A stretch of DNA of 64,000 nucleotides. Origin: Candidatus Aminicenantes bacterium. GTDB taxonomy: Bacteria; Acidobacteriota; Aminicenantia; UBA2199. The DNA is taken from positions 54,994 to 118,993 of the forward strand of contig CAWHBG010000002.1 in NCBI GenBank assembly GCA_963827565.1. Direction: 5' to 3'. The notes beneath the pieces are model-generated. The model did not search any database. It saw only the letters and a list, made by a program, of their open reading frames with translations, and was not told where the DNA came from. Positions 61,949 through 64,000 of the stretch are shown in pieces; the stretch's first letter is position 1; each line of letters opens with the position of its first letter. The translations under genes and the position numbers were made by a program.

Positions 61949-62542
61949 ATGAAGAAAAAAATAAATACCATTCTTGCATCTGCTTCACCAAGGCGATATG
62001 AATTACTAAATCTGATACACATATCTCCGGAAGTTATTATCCCTGAAATAGTGGAGATCCCCCTCAAGGGGGAGTCACCTGAAAATTTTGTCACAAGGGT
62101 TGCATTAGAAAAAGGTTTATCTATTGCAAAAAATCACAGCTCTTCAAACCTGATAATAAGTGCAGATACTATAGTCCTTGACGGTGATAATATCATAGGT
62201 AAACCTGAAAGCAGAGAAGATGCTGTAAAGATGTTGAAAATATTATCGGGTAAGAGGCATAAAGTAATAACGGGGTTATCGGTTTTATTCAAAGATAAAA
62301 AGATTGCAGGAACATCTGTAACTGATGTTGAATTTTCCGATCTTAGTAATATAGAGATAGAAGACTATCTTAATACAGAATTATTTATGGATAAGGCAGG
62401 AGCTTACGCAATTCAGGGAAAAGCCTCAATATTTGTAAAAAAAATAGATGGTTGTTATTTTAATGTAATGGGTTTCCCTCTCAATCTTTTTTACACTCTG
62501 ATCAAGGAATTAAATATTTTTCTTGAAGATTTAACAGAGTAG
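61949..62542 (+). CDS. maf: Maf-family nucleoside triphosphate pyrophosphatase (septum formation protein)
   Basis: ILASASPRRYELLNLI...IISADTIV...GKPESREDAVKMLKILSGKRHKVITG. Confidence 0.85.
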   Translation: MKKKINTILASASPRRYELLNLIHISPEVIIPEIVEIPLKGESPENFVTRVALEKGLSIAKNHSSSNLIISADTIVLDGDNIIGKPESREDAVKMLKILSGKRHKVITGLSVLFKDKKIAGTSVTDVEFSDLSNIEIEDYLNTELFMDKAGAYAIQGKASIFVKKIDGCYFNVMGFPLNLFYTLIKELNIFLEDLTE

Positions 62543-62544
62543 GC

Positions 62545-64000
62545 TTAATGCAGAAAATGTCGTATGCCGGTAAATAAAAGTGAAATATCAGAGTTTTCTG
62601 CTGCATCTATAACTTCGTTATCTCTCACTGATCCGCCAGGCTCGACAATAACACTAATTCCGTTATCATGCGCTGACAAAACTGAATCACTGAACGGGAA
62701 ATATGCGTCAGACAAAAGAACTGATCCTTTTATTGAGTCTCCTGATTTTTTAATTGCTATATTTACAGAGTCGATTCTACTCATTTGACCGGCTCCAACA
62801 CCAAGAATTTTAAGGTTTTTAACCACAAGAATAGCATTTGACTTTATATATTTAATAATCTTCCAGCCGAATGAAACATCCTCTTTCTCTTCAGGGGATA
62901 ATTTCCTGCTTGTTTTTAGTTCAAACTCCGAAAGGTCTTTATTTACATTATCTTTTTCCTGGATTATAAAACCACCCTGAATAGACCTTATGTGATCTTT
63001 CTCGATATATCCCGGTTTAATTTCAATCAGCCGTAAATTCTTTTTCTTTTTAAGAATATTAAGCGCATCATCAGAAAACCCAGGGGCAATAATTACTTCG
63101 AGAAAAATCTTTGACATACTTAATGCACATTCAGCATCAATAGTGTGATTAAACCCGACAATTCCACCAAAAGCAGAAACCGGATCACCTGACAGAGCAC
63201 CCTCAAAAGCACTTTTTTGAGTTATGCTTAATGATGCTCCACATGGATTCTGATGTTTGGCAATGACAGAAAAATGGCTATCTTCTTCATTGAACTGATT
63301 CAGAATGTCATATACAACAGAAATGTCGAGGATATTATTATAAGAGAGTTTCTTTCCCTGGTGTTGAATAAGATTTTTTATTGGTGAACTGTTATCTGTA
63401 ATATAAACTGATCCTTTTTGATGAGGATTTTCACCATACCTTGGATCGAAGTATTTTTTACCTGATATATTCAGAAATTCATTTTCTGATTTATCTCCGC
63501 AATATAAATATTTTCCTATTAAGGAATCATAATAGGAAGTATACGAGAAAGCTTTAGCAGAGAGCTCTTTTCTTTCAGAATAAGTAATATCACCTGGAAT
63601 AATTTTGTCCTCAACAAGATCATAATCGGATTCTCTAACAATTACTATTGTATCCTTAAAATTTTTCGCTGCAGCCCTGACCATTGAAGGTCCGCCTATA
63701 TCGATCTTCTCTACCATTTCCTGAAAATCAGCATTCTCTGAGAGGAATTCTTCAAATGGATAGAAGTTTACAATAACCATATCAATCCTTGATAAAGAGA
63801 GGTCAGCAAGCTCCCCATTATGAGATTTATTATTCTCAGCTAGTATAGGAGCAAATATTTTCGGATGAAGGGTTTTTACGCGACCTCCAAGGATTTCAGG
63901 GAAACCGGTTATATCAGACACTTTTGTTACCGGAATAGAATTTGATTTGAGAAAAGATGCAGTTCCTCCGGTAGAAATTATTTCCCACCCTTTCTTATGT
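62545..64000 (-). CDS. purH: Bifunctional AICAR transformylase / IMP cyclohydrolase PurH; the 5' end lies beyond the window
   Basis: The frame stays open to base 64000: ...HKKGWEIISTGGTASFLKSNSIPVTKVSDITGFPEILGGRVKTLHPKIFA. The Met at 63921 in the ORF track is internal. Confidence 0.85.
   Translation of the reverse strand, partial: HKKGWEIISTGGTASFLKSNSIPVTKVSDITGFPEILGGRVKTLHPKIFAPILAENNKSHNGELADLSLSRIDMVIVNFYPFEEFLSENADFQEMVEKIDIGGPSMVRAAAKNFKDTIVIVRESDYDLVEDKIIPGDITYSERKELSAKAFSYTSYYDSLIGKYLYCGDKSENEFLNISGKKYFDPRYGENPHQKGSVYITDNSSPIKNLIQHQGKKLSYNNILDISVVYDILNQFNEEDSHFSVIAKHQNPCGASLSITQKSAFEGALSGDPVSAFGGIVGFNHTIDAECALSMSKIFLEVIIAPGFSDDALNILKKKKNLRLIEIKPGYIEKDHIRSIQGGFIIQEKDNVNKDLSEFELKTSRKLSPEEKEDVSFGWKIIKYIKSNAILVVKNLKILGVGAGQMSRIDSVNIAIKKSGDSIKGSVLLSDAYFPFSDSVLSAHDNGISVIVEPGGSVRDNEVIDAAENSDISLLFTGIRHFLH

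Noticed and set aside
1-64000. tRNA/rRNA genes, integrases, transposases, prophage or defence-system genes
   Set aside because: Scanning for tRNA T-arm signatures (GGTTCGAATCC-like) and for recombinase, nuclease or helicase motifs in all ORFs gave nothing convincing. The window appears to be core chromosome enriched in signalling genes and not a mobile island.

Overview
This 64 kb window is AT-rich bacterial chromosomal DNA dominated by signal-transduction genes, with housekeeping genes in the last third. I found no rRNA, tRNA, CRISPR array, integrase or transposase.

Main contents, in order:
- An MBOAT O-acyltransferase pair (392-2817).
- Six two-component histidine kinases and many response regulators (8.5-17.1 kb and 19-26.5 kb), two of them sigma-54 (NtrC-type) activators.
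- c-di-GMP proteins: a PilZ domain, an HD-GYP phosphodiesterase, and a REC-GGDEF cyclase.
- A 7 kb phosphorelay island: PilT-family ATPase with an extra N-terminal domain, small coiled-coil ORF, 1213-aa hybrid kinase, REC-GGDEF, Hpt and a CheY-like receiver.
- A possible D-amino-acid/peptide module: DUF1611-like protein, PLP racemase-like protein, M15 D-Ala-D-Ala dipeptidase-like protein and a B12-binding radical SAM protein (27.1-31.7 kb).
- An orphan DinJ/RelB antitoxin followed by a GC-rich hairpin.
- A secreted cysteine-rich protein with near-identical 126-bp tandem repeats.
- cspA; trkA/trkH; a MarC-family membrane protein; tandem rubrerythrin-like genes; a lipocalin; thiC; yebC-ruvCAB.
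- A type IV pilus block, pilB-pilT-pilC-pilS-pilR; then maf and the 3' part of purH.

Structures not explained by plain gene calls:
- About 0.8 kb of the 5' end of the histidine kinase at 15132 is duplicated at 3343-4178.
- Three kinase-less PAS sensor proteins end in a conserved signalling-helix tail.
- A 45-aa N-terminal motif is shared between a cytoplasmic histidine kinase and the HD-GYP protein.
- At least 12 genes carry single-base frameshifts, mostly at homopolymers. This looks like consensus indel error, possibly with some real pseudogenes (pilB has three).

All calls rest on reading the translated ORFs and the nucleotide sequence by eye. No database search was run.
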